Assembly: GCF_020745735.1 (NCBI RefSeq)
Contig: NC_083447.1
Coordinates: 16,944,035-17,008,034 of the forward strand
Origin: Hemiscyllium ocellatum
Lineage: Eukaryota
Reading direction: 5' to 3'
DNA length: 64,000 bases
In this document: positions 14,463 to 28,287 of the stretch, in pieces
How the letters are laid out: the number at the start of each line of letters is the position of its first letter
Position numbering within the stretch: position 1 is the first letter of the stretch
The notes under the pieces: model-generated
Database searches by the model: none
Seen by the model: the letters and a program-made list of their open reading frames with translations, nothing else
Told to the model about the DNA's origin: nothing
Translations under genes and position numbers: made by a program

Positions 14463-16950
14463 GCTTTGTTCTGAGGAAGCCAACTCCTTTCCCATCCCGG
14501 CATGCACAGATACAACTAGTTTGCTCATCATTGTTCAAGCTGTGTAAGAAGGAAAATAACCAGGGCAGTAAATATGCCTCATGATTTAGAAAGAGCTTTA
14601 ATTGAGCAGAGATGTGTAATTCATGTCAGGCAATTTTGTTTCACGTTGTACTGAGAACTTTGGAGGAATGAGAGGCTCTTGTGAAGCAGGCCTGCACCTC
14701 AAAGCAGTGTTACAAACTGGTTAAATAAATTGGTTACATTCTGCAAACTCGTTTTCTACAGTATAATTATGTGATCTATTTGCAAGTTTATATCTGGATA
14801 GGCTGCCTTTAACCAGGGTGAACTTCTTCAATGGGATGCAACTTCTCATTGATAGCTTCTTGCAAATTCATGGACTGCACCACCATTTCCAGGTTCACCT
14901 TCAAATCCCCCACAATCTTAACTTGAACATACGTCATCGTTCCTTTATCACCACATGGACAAAATCCTTGGACTCTATACCTAATAACAGTGTGGGAGCC
15001 CTTTCACCACACACACACACACACACAGTGCAGGATTTCAAGCAGGTGACTCGCCACCACCTTCTTGAGAGACTAGGAATGGGCAGCAAATTATAGCCTT
15101 GGCAACAATGCCCATAATCCCATGAATCAAAAGAAGCAGGAGGTCTGCTACCATCTCAGGAGCAGACTGGCAGTGGGGGGTGGTGGAGGTTGTATGAGAT
15201 CCCCTGATTGATGTGGGACTCCAATGGCAGACTAGGACAGCTGTGGGCCAAATGGGATCTTAAATTGTCACTTTGAGGTCCCTTCCTGCTGTCACTGATT
15301 CCAGCTGAAGGCTGGGGTGGCTGCACCATGCCATGAGGTATATCCAAGCAACCTGAGCAGAGTTCTGCACTGTTTCGCCTGTCATGACTTGAAGAGGTAT
15401 CCCTGGTCTCTTGACCATCCCCTCACCATGGCATGGCCTGTTGTGTCACAGTCAGTATGCTTTTAAGAGACATGCTCATGACATCATAGCATATGGCCTG
15501 AGGGTATAATGATCTCATAGCTCATCTTACACAGAGCATTTGAAGCACAACACTCTAGTGGAAACTTACTTCTCTGTTGTAGATTTATAGTTCGACAATA
15601 GCCCAGACAAATATGTGCCTGAGGAATGTGGTATTTGTACATACGTTAGTTGCAATCAATGCCTGTTGAATTCCTCAGTAGCTCAGGATTCAATTCCAGT
15701 TTCCTATATTATTGGAGATAACATAAACATTGCTACATTAGGTAATACACCCTGATGGAGACGGGCTTAACCTTGCTGGGACTGAAGAGCTGCTGATTCT
15801 CTGATTCACCGAAGTAGGATTCCTTGCTATAAATGAGGTGGAAGCCATGTATTCAGGCAAATAATTACCGAAGACCATTAAAATCCAGTCATGACTCCCA
15901 AGGCCAGAAAAGATTGCCCATGACTTTTCAGTCAGTGAGTGGGGTCACTGCCTCTGCATTAAATTCTGATCACTAAGCCAGCTCTCTGCAACACTGAAGC
16001 CAAGGCACTGAGAGAGTCCAGATTTAGGGACACAGTTTAAAAACTGCCACACTTAGATTGGCTGTGATCTCATCATGTCTTGGAGCAGGCCTAAGGGGCT
16101 GAATGGCCTCAACCAAGGTGAATATCCAGGACACACCCAATGCACAGAGCTTTCATTGGGAAGAGGTGAAGGCCGTGCAGAAACCTTCAAACAGCCCAGT
16201 TACCCAGCACTTTAAGCACAACCCTGCTTCAGAATCGGCAGATTACACATTGGATTATCAACCATCGCCAAACCAGAGTGGGAACATGCCCCCTCAATCC
16301 TGAGGCACTGCCCACAAGAGACGTGAGAATGTAGAGCAGACCCAAACCTTATACTAATCCATTTTGTTCTTTTTCTAACTTTACAATTAAAGAAATGAAT
16401 TGAACAATGGAGAAATGTAGATTTATGACTTATCTGCATTAATGCTACTTGCAGAGTGTTTTGACAAGTGTTTAAAAATCTCATTTATACTGTAGAACAA
16501 TACAAAGATTTGCACTGTATTCTACACGTCCACATCCCTCCACCACCAATGCTTCAGTAGCAGCAGTGTGTACTATCTAAAGGATGCACTGCAGAAATTC
16601 TCTGAAGGTACCCAGACAGCACCTTCCAGACCCACAACCACTTCCCTGTTGAATATTATGGGTTGGCAAAGTTCATTGGGAATCTGAGAGGTTCTCTGGC
16701 TCTGATTTGTGATTCACCCTGTGCTTTCTGAGGGGCATAGGCCGGGCACAGGCTGTAAGCTTCTTCCTGGCAATATCCCACTTTTGATGCCCACTTATTG
16801 TTTCATTGCCCCCTTTCAGGGTCACTTTAACCTCCCCACAAAAGCCCAGTTTTCATTGTGCAAATCTGCCGAAGGTGCCCAAGAGCAATGAGCTCACTGT
16901 TCTTGGTGAGGGTTGCCTGGGTGATATACCACCCTTGGGTGGGCTGGCTC

Positions 16951-17569
16951 TGTTAGAAACAAAATTCAGTAAAATTTAGACGAGACCACCAAAGCTGGAA
17001 ACAAGACAATTTATTCTATGATCTTGCAAGAAAGGACCCCAATCGCAGAAAGCATTTGAAGTGATGATTATTCAAACTACTACACAGTTATACTTTTGAG
17101 CTGCGTGAGGTCACCTCTCCCGACTCCTGCATTACCCAATCTCTCTTAGTATTTTGCCTCTGCCCATCTATGCTCCACGCCCATTGCCCCCTTCCCCAGA
17201 TTGGCAACCTTCCTCTCTGTAAGTGCTGACATATTATTTTGTCGACAGTACATCAAGATTTGGTTTAACATTTTGTATCAATTCTGCTGGTACATTCCAT
17301 CCTCGGATATTTCATTAACTTGTATCATTTTGTATCGCCCAAGCATTTTGGTTATCTCAGCTTTTTGCTGAAAACATAATATTTAAAAAGAACTTATTTG
17401 CTATAATAATTACACACCAATGTTAGTATTTAATTAACCATAATTGTGCACTGAAAAGTAGAGATACTCTTCCCTAAATACCTGCAGAGTTAATATTTCT
17501 CTTGCTGTACCCCTTTTCGGTATGCTTTTTCTACATCTGTAAAAACAACACTTTTCCCCATTTCTAACA
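16951..17569 (-). mobile_element. Solo LTR
   Basis: TGTTAGAAA...TTTCTAACA termini; 4-bp target-site duplication GCTC (16947-16950, 17570-17573). Confidence 0.85.
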
Positions 17570-17606
17570 GCTCCAAACCAGATCCACAGAGGGTACTGGT
17601 CACCTG

Positions 17607-17867
17607 TTAGATTACTTACAGTGTGGAAACAGGCCCTTCAGCCCAACAAGTCCACACCGACCCGCAACCCACCCATACCCTTACCTAACACTACGGGCAA
17701 TTTAGCATGGCCAACTCACCTGACCTGCACATCTTTGGTCTGTGGGAGGAAACCAGAGCAAACACAGGGAGAATGTGCAAACTCCACACAGTCAGTCGCC
17801 TGAGTCGGGAATTGAACCCGGGTCTCAGGCGCTGTGAGGCAGCAGTGCTAACCACTGTGCCACCGTG
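17607..17867 (-). mobile_element. HE1-like tRNA-derived V-SINE
   Basis: tRNA-like head with A/B boxes, V-domain tgtggagtttgcacattctccc, CR1-type tail. Confidence 0.88.
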
Positions 17868-17981
17868 TTACTAGCCAAGCTAGACCTAACTCGATAGAAA
17901 GCATCTGTAAGACCATGAAAAAACTTTGCTCACCAACATTTGTCCCTATGGCAGCTTGGCATGTTAGTTACACAGAGCACA

Positions 17982-18250
17982 GCACATGGTGGCTCAGTGG
18001 TTAGCACTGCTGCCTCACAGCACCATCAGGTGACTGTGTGGAGTTTGCATATTCTCCCCATCTGTGTGTGGGTTTCCTCCCACAGTCCAAAGATGTGCAG
18101 GTCAGGTGGATTGGCCATGCTAAATTGCCCCATAGTGTTAGGTTCATTAGTCAGGGGGAAATGTAGGGGGTGAGTAAATCTTTAGAGGGTCAGTGTGGAC
18201 TTGTTGGGCCGAATGACCTGTTTCCACACTGTAGGCAATCTAACCTAATC
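17982..18250 (+). mobile_element. HE1-like V-SINE (internally deleted)
   Basis: Same family, head-to-head with the previous copy. Confidence 0.85.
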
Positions 18251-18604
18251 AGCAGAATCTTCTTTATGAGCAAATCCTGACTGTGGCATCACAAAAGCTG
18301 CTTCACAACATCATAAAGGGGCAGTGAAACCCCGTCGTCAAGCGAAGGTCTGTGTATGATTGAAGATTCTTACCTGTCCTTTTACTGACAGTGCAGGTAA
18401 AATGGAGAGGTTATCACGCACCACCACACGGTTTCCATCTCTCCTGTGAGCTGCTGCTGGTACATGTGACTGTTGATTGGCCATTTTCCAGCCCATGCTG
18501 TCCCCATCTCACTCCCTTCCCTCTCTATTGGACTCTGGAGCACCGTCAACTCTGGACATAGTGCACATTCTCCCCCCTAGGGTTGTCATCTGGACAGCCA
18601 CATG

Positions 18605-20105
18605 TCAGGTAGGATTGATTGGGTTTTTTGAGAAAGTGACAAAGATGATTGATGAGGGCAGAGCGGTAGGTGTTATCTACATGGACTTTAGCAAGGCCTT
18701 TGAAACATAGAAAATGGATGCAAGAGTAGGCCATTTGTACTTCTGAGCTTGCATCACCATTCAATACAATCATGGATAATCATGCAATGTCAGTATCCCA
18801 TTCCCGCTCTCTCCCCATGTCCTTTCATCCCTTTAGCTACACAGGCCATGTCCAGCTCCCTCTTAATGAACTGGCCCCAACAGCTTCCTGGGGGAGAGAA
18901 TTCCACAGGTTCACAACTCTCTGAGGGAAGAAATTCTTCCTCATCTCCGTCCTGAATGGCTTACCCCTTACTCTTAGACTGTGACCCTTCATGACAAGGT
19001 CCCTCACGGTAGGCTGATACAGAAGGTGAGGCTACATGGGATCCACAGTGAGCTAGTAAGATGTACATCAAACTGGCTTGGTCATAGAGGATAGAGAGTA
19101 CTGGCGGGAGAATATTTTTCTGACTGGAGATCTGTGCCTAATGGTGTTCCACAGGATTCAGTGCTGGGAACCCTGTTGTTTGTAATATATGTTATAACTT
19201 ATATATGATAATATATTGTTATATAAATGATTTGGAGGAAAATGTAAATGGCCTGATTGGTGAGTCTGCAGACAACACAAAAGTTGGGGGAGCTACTGGT
19301 AGTAAGGAAGATTGCCAGAGGATACAGATCGGTTGCAGACTCGGGTAGAGAATTGGCTTTGGCCCTTAATCTGGGCAGATACGAGGTGATGCATTTTGGA
19401 AGGAGGGAGTATTCAGTAAAAGGCAGAACTCCTAGAAACATTAACATACAGAGGGATCTCGATATGCAGATCTACAGTTCTCTGAGAGTTACAACACAAG
19501 TGGATAATGGTGGTCATGATGGCGTATGACATACTAACCTTATCAGTCAGGGTTTAGCGTTTACAAAAATTGTGTTGCAGCTGTATACAATTTAGTTAGG
19601 CCACATTTGGAATATTGCACACACTACCAGAAGGATGTGGAAACTTCAGAGAGTACAGAAAAGGTTTACCAGGATCTAGAATGTATGAGCCATAAGGAGA
19701 AATTGAATAAAGTTGGTTTGTTTTCACTTGAACGTCAGAGGCTGAGGGGTGATTTGATAGAGATTTACAAAATTATGAGAGACATAGATAGAATGGATTG
19801 TTGGAGTTTTTTTTTCAGGATGGAAATGTCAATTATGAGGAGAATGGATTTTAGGCAAAGGAGGAACGGTTAAAGGAGATGTGAAAGGCAAGTTTCTTTA
19901 CACAGAGGGTGGGATCTGCTACCAGAGGTGTTGGTGGTGGCAGGTACAATAGAAGAGTTTAAGTGGCATCGCAACAGATCTGTAAATAGGTAGGGAATAG
20001 AGGGATACTGACTGGATAGAAGCAAATGGTTTTAGTTTAGAAAGGCACCATGTGTCGATCCAGTCTTGATGGGCTGAAGGGCCTTTTCCTATGCTGTACT
20101 GTTCT
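18605..20105 (+). mobile_element. CR1 LINE ORF2 fragment with nested antisense CR1 3' end (18704-18991)
   Basis: FFEKVTKMIDEGRAVGVIYMDFSKAF, GVPQ.SVLG and RLRGDLIEIYKIM motifs; nested insert splits KAFDKV. Confidence 0.9.
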
Positions 20106-20384
20106 TCTTTGTTACTGATTCCTGGCCAGAGCCTGTGAATGATAAAAATATTTGGATTATGCTAGTTACCAAGCAGGGACTCTCGAAAGGAGTTTGAAAA
20201 TGATGCTGCGACCGTACGTTCTCTGAAATAACTATTCCATCTCGGCATAAGCTCGATTTATTTCTTAAACCTGTTCTCTTCAGCTGCACTCACTTGTATC
20301 TCTTTCATAATTCTCCCTCCCACTGTTGTCTCCAAATTGGTCTGTTTGCTCTCCCTCACTTCTCAACCACTCTCACAAGGACGA

Positions 20385-20770
20385 GAGGAAATCTAATTGA
20401 GATATGTAAGATGCTAAAGGGGGTTTAAAAAGTAGACTTGGACTGGATGTTACCTCCCTGTGGGGTAATTTAGAACGACAGGTCGTGGTTTAAGGATAAG
20501 GGCTGGCAGATTTAAAACTGAGATGAGGAGGAATTACTTCTTTCACAGGGTTGTGAACTGATGGAATTCACTTCCCTAGAGTATGGTAGACGCTGGGACA
20601 CTGAATATGTTGAAGAAGGAAATGAGTAGATATTTAATTAGTAATGGGTCAAAGACTCATGGAGAGCGGGCGAGAAAGTGGAGTTGAGGCCAAGATGAGA
20701 TCAGCCGTGGTCATTTTAAATTGCAGAGCAGGTTCAAGAGACTGAATTGCTCATTCCTGTTCTTAGGTTT
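20385..20770 (+). mobile_element. CR1 LINE 3' fragment
   Basis: agaggaaatctaattgagatatgtaag...gagatgaggaggaattacttc...tggaattca motifs. Confidence 0.8.
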
Positions 20771-20904
20771 AGAAAGTCTTTTCTTTGTTGACCCTTATTA
20801 CTTCCCCATGGCTACACCCTCAGTCGCTCACAATCCCCACACCCCCATGTCATGGGACCTCCAGCACTAGGTAGCAGTCATGGGAGGAGGTACTGAGCAT
20901 GGAA

Positions 20905-23900
20905 CACTTTTTCTTATTTCAAAACTATACTTTATTCATTCAAAAATCTTTCCGTACATTCACGTCACTGAAGCAGTTCAGTTCTGTACAGCCTTAGCAT
21001 ATTGAGAACAAACAGACATTGGAATTTGATTCTCTAGTCAGTTCTAGGCATTTCTGACTTATACACAATACTATTTACATGTACTTAAGGCACTAGGAGG
21101 ATCAGATAACTGAACGGTCTCCAGCTTACCTTCAGCAGGAAGTCATCAGACAGTGGTCTTTCCCCACCAGGCCTTGGCAGCAGCTGCCCCAGTCTTCAGT
21201 GGGCCCCTCAGTACATGGTCCTGGACCTTGGAATGTGTCAGTCTGCAACACTCGATCAAGGTCAACTCCTTGTTCTGGAAGACTGACAAGAATGCCTTTC
21301 ACTGAATTGATGGTCCTCCAGGTACAGTTGTTGTTTGTCTCAGTGTCTGTCCTGGACAGTAGTCCGTAGATCACAGAGTCCTGCACCATGGAGGTGCTCG
21401 GGACGAACCTCGACAAAAACCACTGCATCTTGCTCCAAACTTCATTTGCAAAGGGCCATTACAGAAGGAGATGTGACGGTCCCTACCCACCCACAGCTGC
21501 ATCAAGGGCAGCGTGCAATGGCGCAGACCAACCATAAAACACTCTCACAGACAGTGCCCTTCTCACCACCAGCCAAGTGATGGCTTGGTGCTTGTTGGGA
21601 AGTTCTTTGGGATGACTTTGACACTCTCTTCAGGGAACCATGCGATAGGATCCACTCTCTCCTTTTCCCGCAGGATCTCAAGGGCACTACGTGCTGACCA
21701 CTTCCTGATGGAACTTTGGTCAAAGATGCTTTTCTTTGCGAATTTCTCCGCAAAGGACAGGTGATATGGAACGGTCCAACTACTTGGTAGTGAGGACAGT
21801 TCCATCCTTCGCAATAACGGGGACAGTTGGAACATCAGTACATAGTGACACTTGGTGTCTACGCACCGACGGTCAATGCAGCTTGATGCAGCCAGACACA
21901 AAGGTGGCCTTCAGGGTGAGGGTGACATTGGGTATGTTCTTCTCCCCCTTATCCAGAGTTTTGCAAGTTAACTCCTTGCAGACACAGTCCATCTCAGACC
22001 TCCGGATGAAGTGGAAAACACCTCAGGCAACTGCAGCAGCACAGTTTTGTCGAATGGATCAGACCTGCACCATGCAGACCACAAGACATAGGAGCAGAAA
22101 TTAGGCCATTCAGCCCATCGGGTCTGCTCCACCATACAATCATGCCTGATAAGTTGCTCAACCCCATTCTCCTACTTTCTCCCTCTAACCTTTGATCCCC
22201 TTGATATACAAGAAACTATCTCAGTCTTAAATATACTCAATGACCTGGCCTCCACAGCCTCCTGTAGCAGTGAATTCCACAGATTCACCCCTCTGTGGCT
22301 GAAGAAGTTTCTCTTTATCTTCGTTGTAAAACCTTTTCCCTTTACTCGAAGGCTGTGCCCTTGGGTCCTAGTCTCTCCTACCAATGGAAACATCTTCCCA
22401 ACATCCACTGTCCAGGCCATACAGTATTCCCCTAAGTTTCAATTAGATCCCCCCACATCCTTCTAAACTCCAAGTATAGATGCAGGGTCCTCAAACATTC
22501 CACTTAAGTTAAGCTTTTGATTCCTGGAACCATTCTCGTGAACCTCTTCTGAACACGCTCCAAGGCCAGTACATCCTTCCTGAGATATGGGGCCCAAAAC
22601 TGCACACTATACTCCAAATCTGGTCTGACCAGAGCCTCAGAAGCACATTCCTGCTTTCATATTCAAGTCCTCTCAAAATCAATGCCAGCATTGCATTTGC
22701 CTTCCTGACTACTGACTCAAAGGTTTACCTTGATCGAATACTGGACTAGAACTCCCAAGTCTCTTTGTGCTTCAGATTTCTGAATTTTCTCCCCATTTCG
22801 AAAATAGTCCATGCCTCTATTCTTCCTCCCAAAGTACATGACCTCACACTTTCCAATGTTGTACTCCATCTGCCACTTCATTGCCCACTCTCCCAACCTG
22901 CCCAAATCCTTCTGCAGCCGCCCCTGCCTCCTCAATGTACCAGTCCCTCTACCTATCTTTGTATCATCTACAATCTTAGCCAGAATGCCCTCAGTTCTTT
23001 CATCTAGATTGTTGATGTATAAAGTGAAACATTGTGATCCCAACACTGAGCCTTGTGGAACACCACTCATCACCGGTTGCCACCCTGAGGGAGACCCTTT
23101 TATCCCCACTCTCTGCCAGGCTTTTATCCATGCCTGCCTGTGACTCCAGGGCCCTTATCGTATTCAGTAGCCTCCTGTGGAGCACCTTGTCAAAGGCCTT
23201 CTTGAAGTCCAGGTAGGTAACATCCATTGGCTCTCCTTGGTCCAACCTGCTCATTAGTTCCTCAAAGAATACTAGCAGATTTGTCAGGCATGACCTCCCC
23301 TTGATGAAACCAATAGAGAGAGTGCCTCACCCCCGATGACCAGGTTTTTACCTGCAATGGAGAGGGAGAGATGCTCCCCAAAGATCGATTTCCACCTTCC
23401 TTTCCCAATACACTCCTCGTAAGATTTTTGTGCGTGCACCCCCCACCACCCACCCCCACCCCCAAACCATATTCAGGTAACCTGTCCTGACAGTAAAGGG
23501 AATAAGGGATTGGTCAGCACAGTTCCTCAAGATCATGGCCTCACTCTTGCCTTGATTTACCTTGGCTCCCAAGGCCAGTTCAAATTGATCACAGATGCTG
23601 AATAGTCTGTGCACTGACAGTGAATCCGAGCAGAAAACGGCGATGTCCTCCATGTACAGGAAGGTTTTGACCTTGAGGCCTCCGCTGCCTGGGATAGTCA
23701 CCCCTCTCAAGCTCACATTCTTCCCAATGGACTGAGCAAAAAGGCTCTCTCTACAGCTCACAAACAAGGCCGGAGAGAGAGGCCAGCGCTGCCTTACTCC
23801 ACATCTGATCGGGAAGCTTTCTCATTCCCACCCATTGACTGAGACTGCTCTAACAATGCCGTGTAGATCCAGTTGCGAATTCCCTCCCCAAAGGCCATCT

Positions 23901-23930
23901 TGGAGAGCATACACCACATGTACGTGTGCA
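20905..23930 (-). mobile_element. Tx1/L1-like LINE ORF2 remnant, split by a CR1 insertion
   Basis: RT motif region ...PLSPALFVSC...LYMEDIAVF (23348-23800); C-terminal WRTINSVK; 3' end near 20910. Confidence 0.8.
22078..23310 (-). mobile_element. CR1 LINE 3' part nested in the Tx1-like element
   Basis: YLDFKKAFDKV, SGVPQGSVLG, DDTKIG, WQMEYNIGKCEV motifs. Confidence 0.92.
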
Positions 23931-23954
23931 ATGCCCTGTCAAAGTACTAGCCAC

Positions 23955-24740
23955 TTTGTTTTTATTTCAAAAATATACATTATTCGTTTAAAAAGAACTT
24001 GGTATACATACATAGTCACAAATGCAGTTCTATTCTGTGCAGGAGCATAATCAAGGAAACAAACATTGAAATTTGACTCTATTCGAGAAAACCAAAGACC
24101 TCTCTATGCATATAATATTTAGATGTACTTAAGGTACTAGGACAGTTAGATAACTGGACAGACCCCCATTTACCTTCAGCAGGAAGTTCTCAGATAGTGG
24201 TCTTTCCCTACATCTGCCCCAGGCTTCAGCGCATCCCTCAGCACTTGGTCCAGGACCTTGGAATGTGTTAGTCTGCAACACTCAGTCAGAGTCAACTCCT
24301 TGCTCTGGAAGACCAACACGTTTCAGGGAGACCAAACAGTGTCTTTCACCAAGTTGATGGTCCTCCAGGCGCAGTCGATGTTTGGCTTAGTGCACATCCC
24401 ATGGAACAGACTGTAGAGCACAGAGTCCCGTGTCACGGAGCTGCCTGAGACGATCCTTGACAAAAACCATTACATTTTTCTCCAAATTTCCTTTACAAAG
24501 GCCTATACCAACAGCAGATGGGTGACTGTCTCAACCCCTCCCCACCCCTCCTCCCCCTCCAGCAGCTGCTTCGTGTGGTGGTACAGACCAACCAGGCACA
24601 CATAAAGGATCTCACAGTTAGGGCCCTTCTCACCACCATCCAAGCAATTTCTTTGTGTTTGTTGGAAAGTTCTAGTGTTGAGACATTTGATCACACTGCC
24701 AGAGAACTAGACCCTGGGAATTCTTGTTACATAGGTCTGA
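23955..24740 (-). mobile_element. Second Tx1-like LINE 3' end
   Basis: Homologous to 20905-21600 (aggaccttggaatgtg(t/c)...gtctgcaacactc). Confidence 0.8.
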
Positions 24741-25179
24741 ATGAGTTCCTGCAAATTCAGCTTGCTGTTTGATTCAAAGGACCTCCATGTTGGGCATTGG
24801 GTACCAACACCTCAGGGTACGCTCTATGGGCAGATTAGGTGCTTGTTGGGAGTGTTGACTACTCCCTGTGTCGAAGCTCCCTCACCTTAATCAGTACAAA
24901 ATTCAACTCCAAACATAAAGGGCCATTTTTATGATAAGGCACATTTGATCTGAGTTATGGGTTCAGTTCAAAGTGGACAACACCCTTCAGTAAGAGGAGA
25001 CAGTACTGCTATGATAATGTCACTTGTCTTACTGGCCAGGCTAATGCTTTGAGGAGATGGGTTCCACAGCAGCTGGTGGAATATGAAATCAGGAATTGGA
25101 GGTTAGTTTCAGTAATGGTGACCAGAATAATTATTATCAATTGTCATTTTAAAACGAAACTAGTGCAGCCGCCAAAACA

Positions 25180-26460
25180 CCATAAGACGTAGTAGTGGAA
25201 GTAGACCATTCAGCCCATTGAGTCTGCTCTACCATTCAATGAAATCATGGCTGATCTGATAATCCTCATTCCACTTTCCTGCCTTTTCCTACAAACCTTG
25301 ATTCCCTTACCAATGAAAAATCTCTCTATCTCAGCCTTGAATATATTGAATGACCCAGCCTCGACAGCGCTCTGCAGTAAGAAATGCGATAGATTCACTA
25401 CCCTCCACATCGCTCTCTGTTAAATGGGTGTGCCATTACTCTGAGAGGATGTCCCCTCGACCTAGACTGTTCCACAGGGGAAACAACATTTTCGCATCTA
25501 CCTTGTCAAGTCCTTCATTAATCTTGCAAATTTGAATAAGTTCTCCTCTCATCTCATCCAACGAGTACAGGCTCAATCTACTCAACATCTCCTTATAAGA
25601 CAGTCCTTTCATATCTGTTCTCAGCCAAACGTACCTTCTCTGGACTGCCTCCAACGCCAATACATCTTTTCTTAAACTGTTCGCAGCATTCCAGTTGTGG
25701 GCTGACTGGTGCCTTGTACAGTTTTAGCAAAACTTCCTTACTTTTGCACACTATTCCCTTTGAAGTAAAGGCCAACATACACCTTTGCCTTCCCTGTTAC
25801 TTGGTAATGCTAGTTTTTTGTGAGACATTGATGAGGACTTACAATCCTTCTACTCTGCGATTTCCTGAAGTTTTTCTCCATTCAGTTATAATTCAGCTGC
25901 ATTACTCTTCCTGCCAAAGTGCATAACCTCATATTCTCACATGTTGTGCTCTAACTGCCAAGTATTTGCCCAATCACCTAACCTGTCCGCATCCCTCTGC
26001 AGACTGTCTGTCTCTTCCTCACCACTTGCTTTCCCATCGATTTTTGTGTCATCCACACACTTGGCTATAGTGCATTCATTTTCCTCATCCAAGTCATTAA
26101 TATGTACTACTGCGAATTGTGGCCCCATCACTGATCGCTGTGGTACTCCACTAGTTACATGTTACCAACCTGAAAATCACTCCTTAATCCCAACTGTGTG
26201 TCTTTTACTAGTAAGCCAATCCTCTACATTGTGCTAATATACTATCCCCAACACGATGGGCTCTCATTTTATAAAACGAATATGTGGCATCTTATCAAAC
26301 ACCATCTGAAAATTCAATATATTACATCCACTGCTTCCCCTTTATCTATTCTACTTGTTACATCCTCAAAGAATTCTAGTAAATTTGTCAGGCAAGATTC
26401 ATCAAGTTATACTGAATCTGTTTGATCAGAGAATGTACTTCGAAATGCTCTGCCACTATT
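25180..26460 (-). mobile_element. CR1 LINE fragment
   Basis: INDLDE...DDTKIDG, LKLYKA, MRGELIQICKI motifs. Confidence 0.9.
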
Positions 26461-27622
26461 GTCACAAAATCAGATTGCTACAATAAGCTGGCATGTTTCA
26501 GAGCGATGTCTTTTTTTCCGAGGCCAAGTTAACGTACACAAATAACATGGAGTCAAAGTGCATCCTTGTTAAGTTACCTGTTTTGAAATCTCTGAGAGAA
26601 TGGCATTGAGTGATAAAGCTGAAACCTGCCTTCGTTCGGAATGCCGCACGGTGAGGTCCTCTTACCAAATAAACACTTTGTTTTTTTTTCTCCAGGTTGT
26701 AAACAGTAGATTATTGGAAAATTGTACAAGGCTCCAGCCAGCCCACTACTGGAATGCTGTAAACAGCTCTGATGCCCTTAAAGGTATATTGGCATTGGAG
26801 GCAGTCCAGAGAAAGTACCTTTGGCTGATAACGGATATGAAGAGATTGTCTTATGAGGAGATTGGGCCTCCTAATTTTAGAATGTGTACGTGACCATATA
26901 GTCATACAACAAAGAAACAAACCTTTGCTCCAATTAGTCCACGCCACCCAGGGTTCCCAAACTAAATTAATCTGATTTGCCTGTATTTGGCTCATATCCC
27001 TTGAAACATTTCTGTTCATGCACCTGTCTATATGTCTCCTGATTGCTGTAATTGTATCTGCATCTACCACTTCTGCGAAGGGAGGATGGGTGACAAGTGA
27101 GTGAGGGGACGGAGGCACAGGGGGGCATGAGGTGACAGGACAGTGGATGAGGGGATGGGGAGTGTGGGGAGGGATAGTGAGGGGAGGAGGCAAGTAAGGG
27201 ATAGTGAGGGAAGGAGTCGGAGGAAGGGTTAGAGAGGGGGCGACTAAATAACTGCAAAAAGTTTGAAGGTTTAAAAAGAAAACTTCAATGTTTTAGTTTG
27301 AACGAAAAGTTGAACAAAAGAAGCTGCAAGTGCGTTTTGAGAGGATCTTATAATCTAGTCAATGAAAGGTCTACCCTACCCCCTTTAGGAAAAAAAGGTC
27401 AAATCAGCAGGAGATAAATTTTCGTCCTGAAATTGATTCCTTTTAATGCTTTTCAGAGAGATAGGTATATTTTTAATAGCTGTATTGCTAACTGGAGTAT
27501 TGTTTGTTCAAATCTAGTAAAGACTTTGTGTTAAAGTTGTGAACATTAACCGTTTCTTTCTCATAATTCTCACGTCTGAAGCTGTCAGGTGTAGAACTTT
27601 ACATCCGACAGAGAAGATTCAG

Positions 27623-27659
27623 ATGGCTGGGTGTTGGTGTGGAGACACCAATGAAATGG
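27623..27659 (+). CDS. Unannotated gene, putative first coding exon (MAGCWCGDTNEM)
   Basis: ATG with +4 G; donor G|gttagt in phase 1 matches the next exon; start could lie further upstream. Confidence 0.5.
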
Positions 27660-28287
27660 GTTAGTTCTTTACTGAACAGAGGAGGTTGCCTTGAGAATCG
27701 ATGGGTTTCGGAAACGGTGAGAGGTTTGGGCTGCAGGATTGGGAAAAGGAGCAGAGGGAAGCTGAAGGGGCCATCTTCTTTTATGAAATGAGTTGCTGTG
27801 ATCTTTCTGAGAGGTGGTGGGAGCAGATCCAGTGATAACATTCACAAGAACATTTGGACACGCGCTAGAGGTTGACAATGTCAGGTCAGTGGGACAAGCG
27901 TTGGGTGGAGACGAGCTTTTCAAATGCCTCTTTCAAACAGTTGGCAGGAAACAAATCTGTACATGTCTGTACGATTCTGTGATTGAACGTGCAGGACACG
28001 GGTCTGGGCTGAAGCAGATGAAGAAAGCATGTTTTGACTGGAAGGGTCTTAACTTTTCAGCTGACCTGTAGCTGTTCGGCGCTGATTCTAACATAGATGT
28101 TCATGGGGCTAACATTCCCCACAACTCAAGAAAGGGGATAGAATAATAGAAGCATGAATGGCCACAGCACAGGAGGCCATTCAGCTCGTCATTTCTACTA
28201 CAGCTTGCTATAAACACAATCAAGTCCCACTTCCACAACCTTGTCCATTGACGCCACTGAGTCTTTTTCTCTTCAGATGCTTATCAA

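Noticed and set aside
26600-26650. MALSDKAETCLRSECRT with gtgagg donor as first coding exon of the hidden gene
   Set aside because: Out of phase with the likeliest acceptor (27588); may be a 5' UTR exon with a uORF. The rest of that ORF is CR1.
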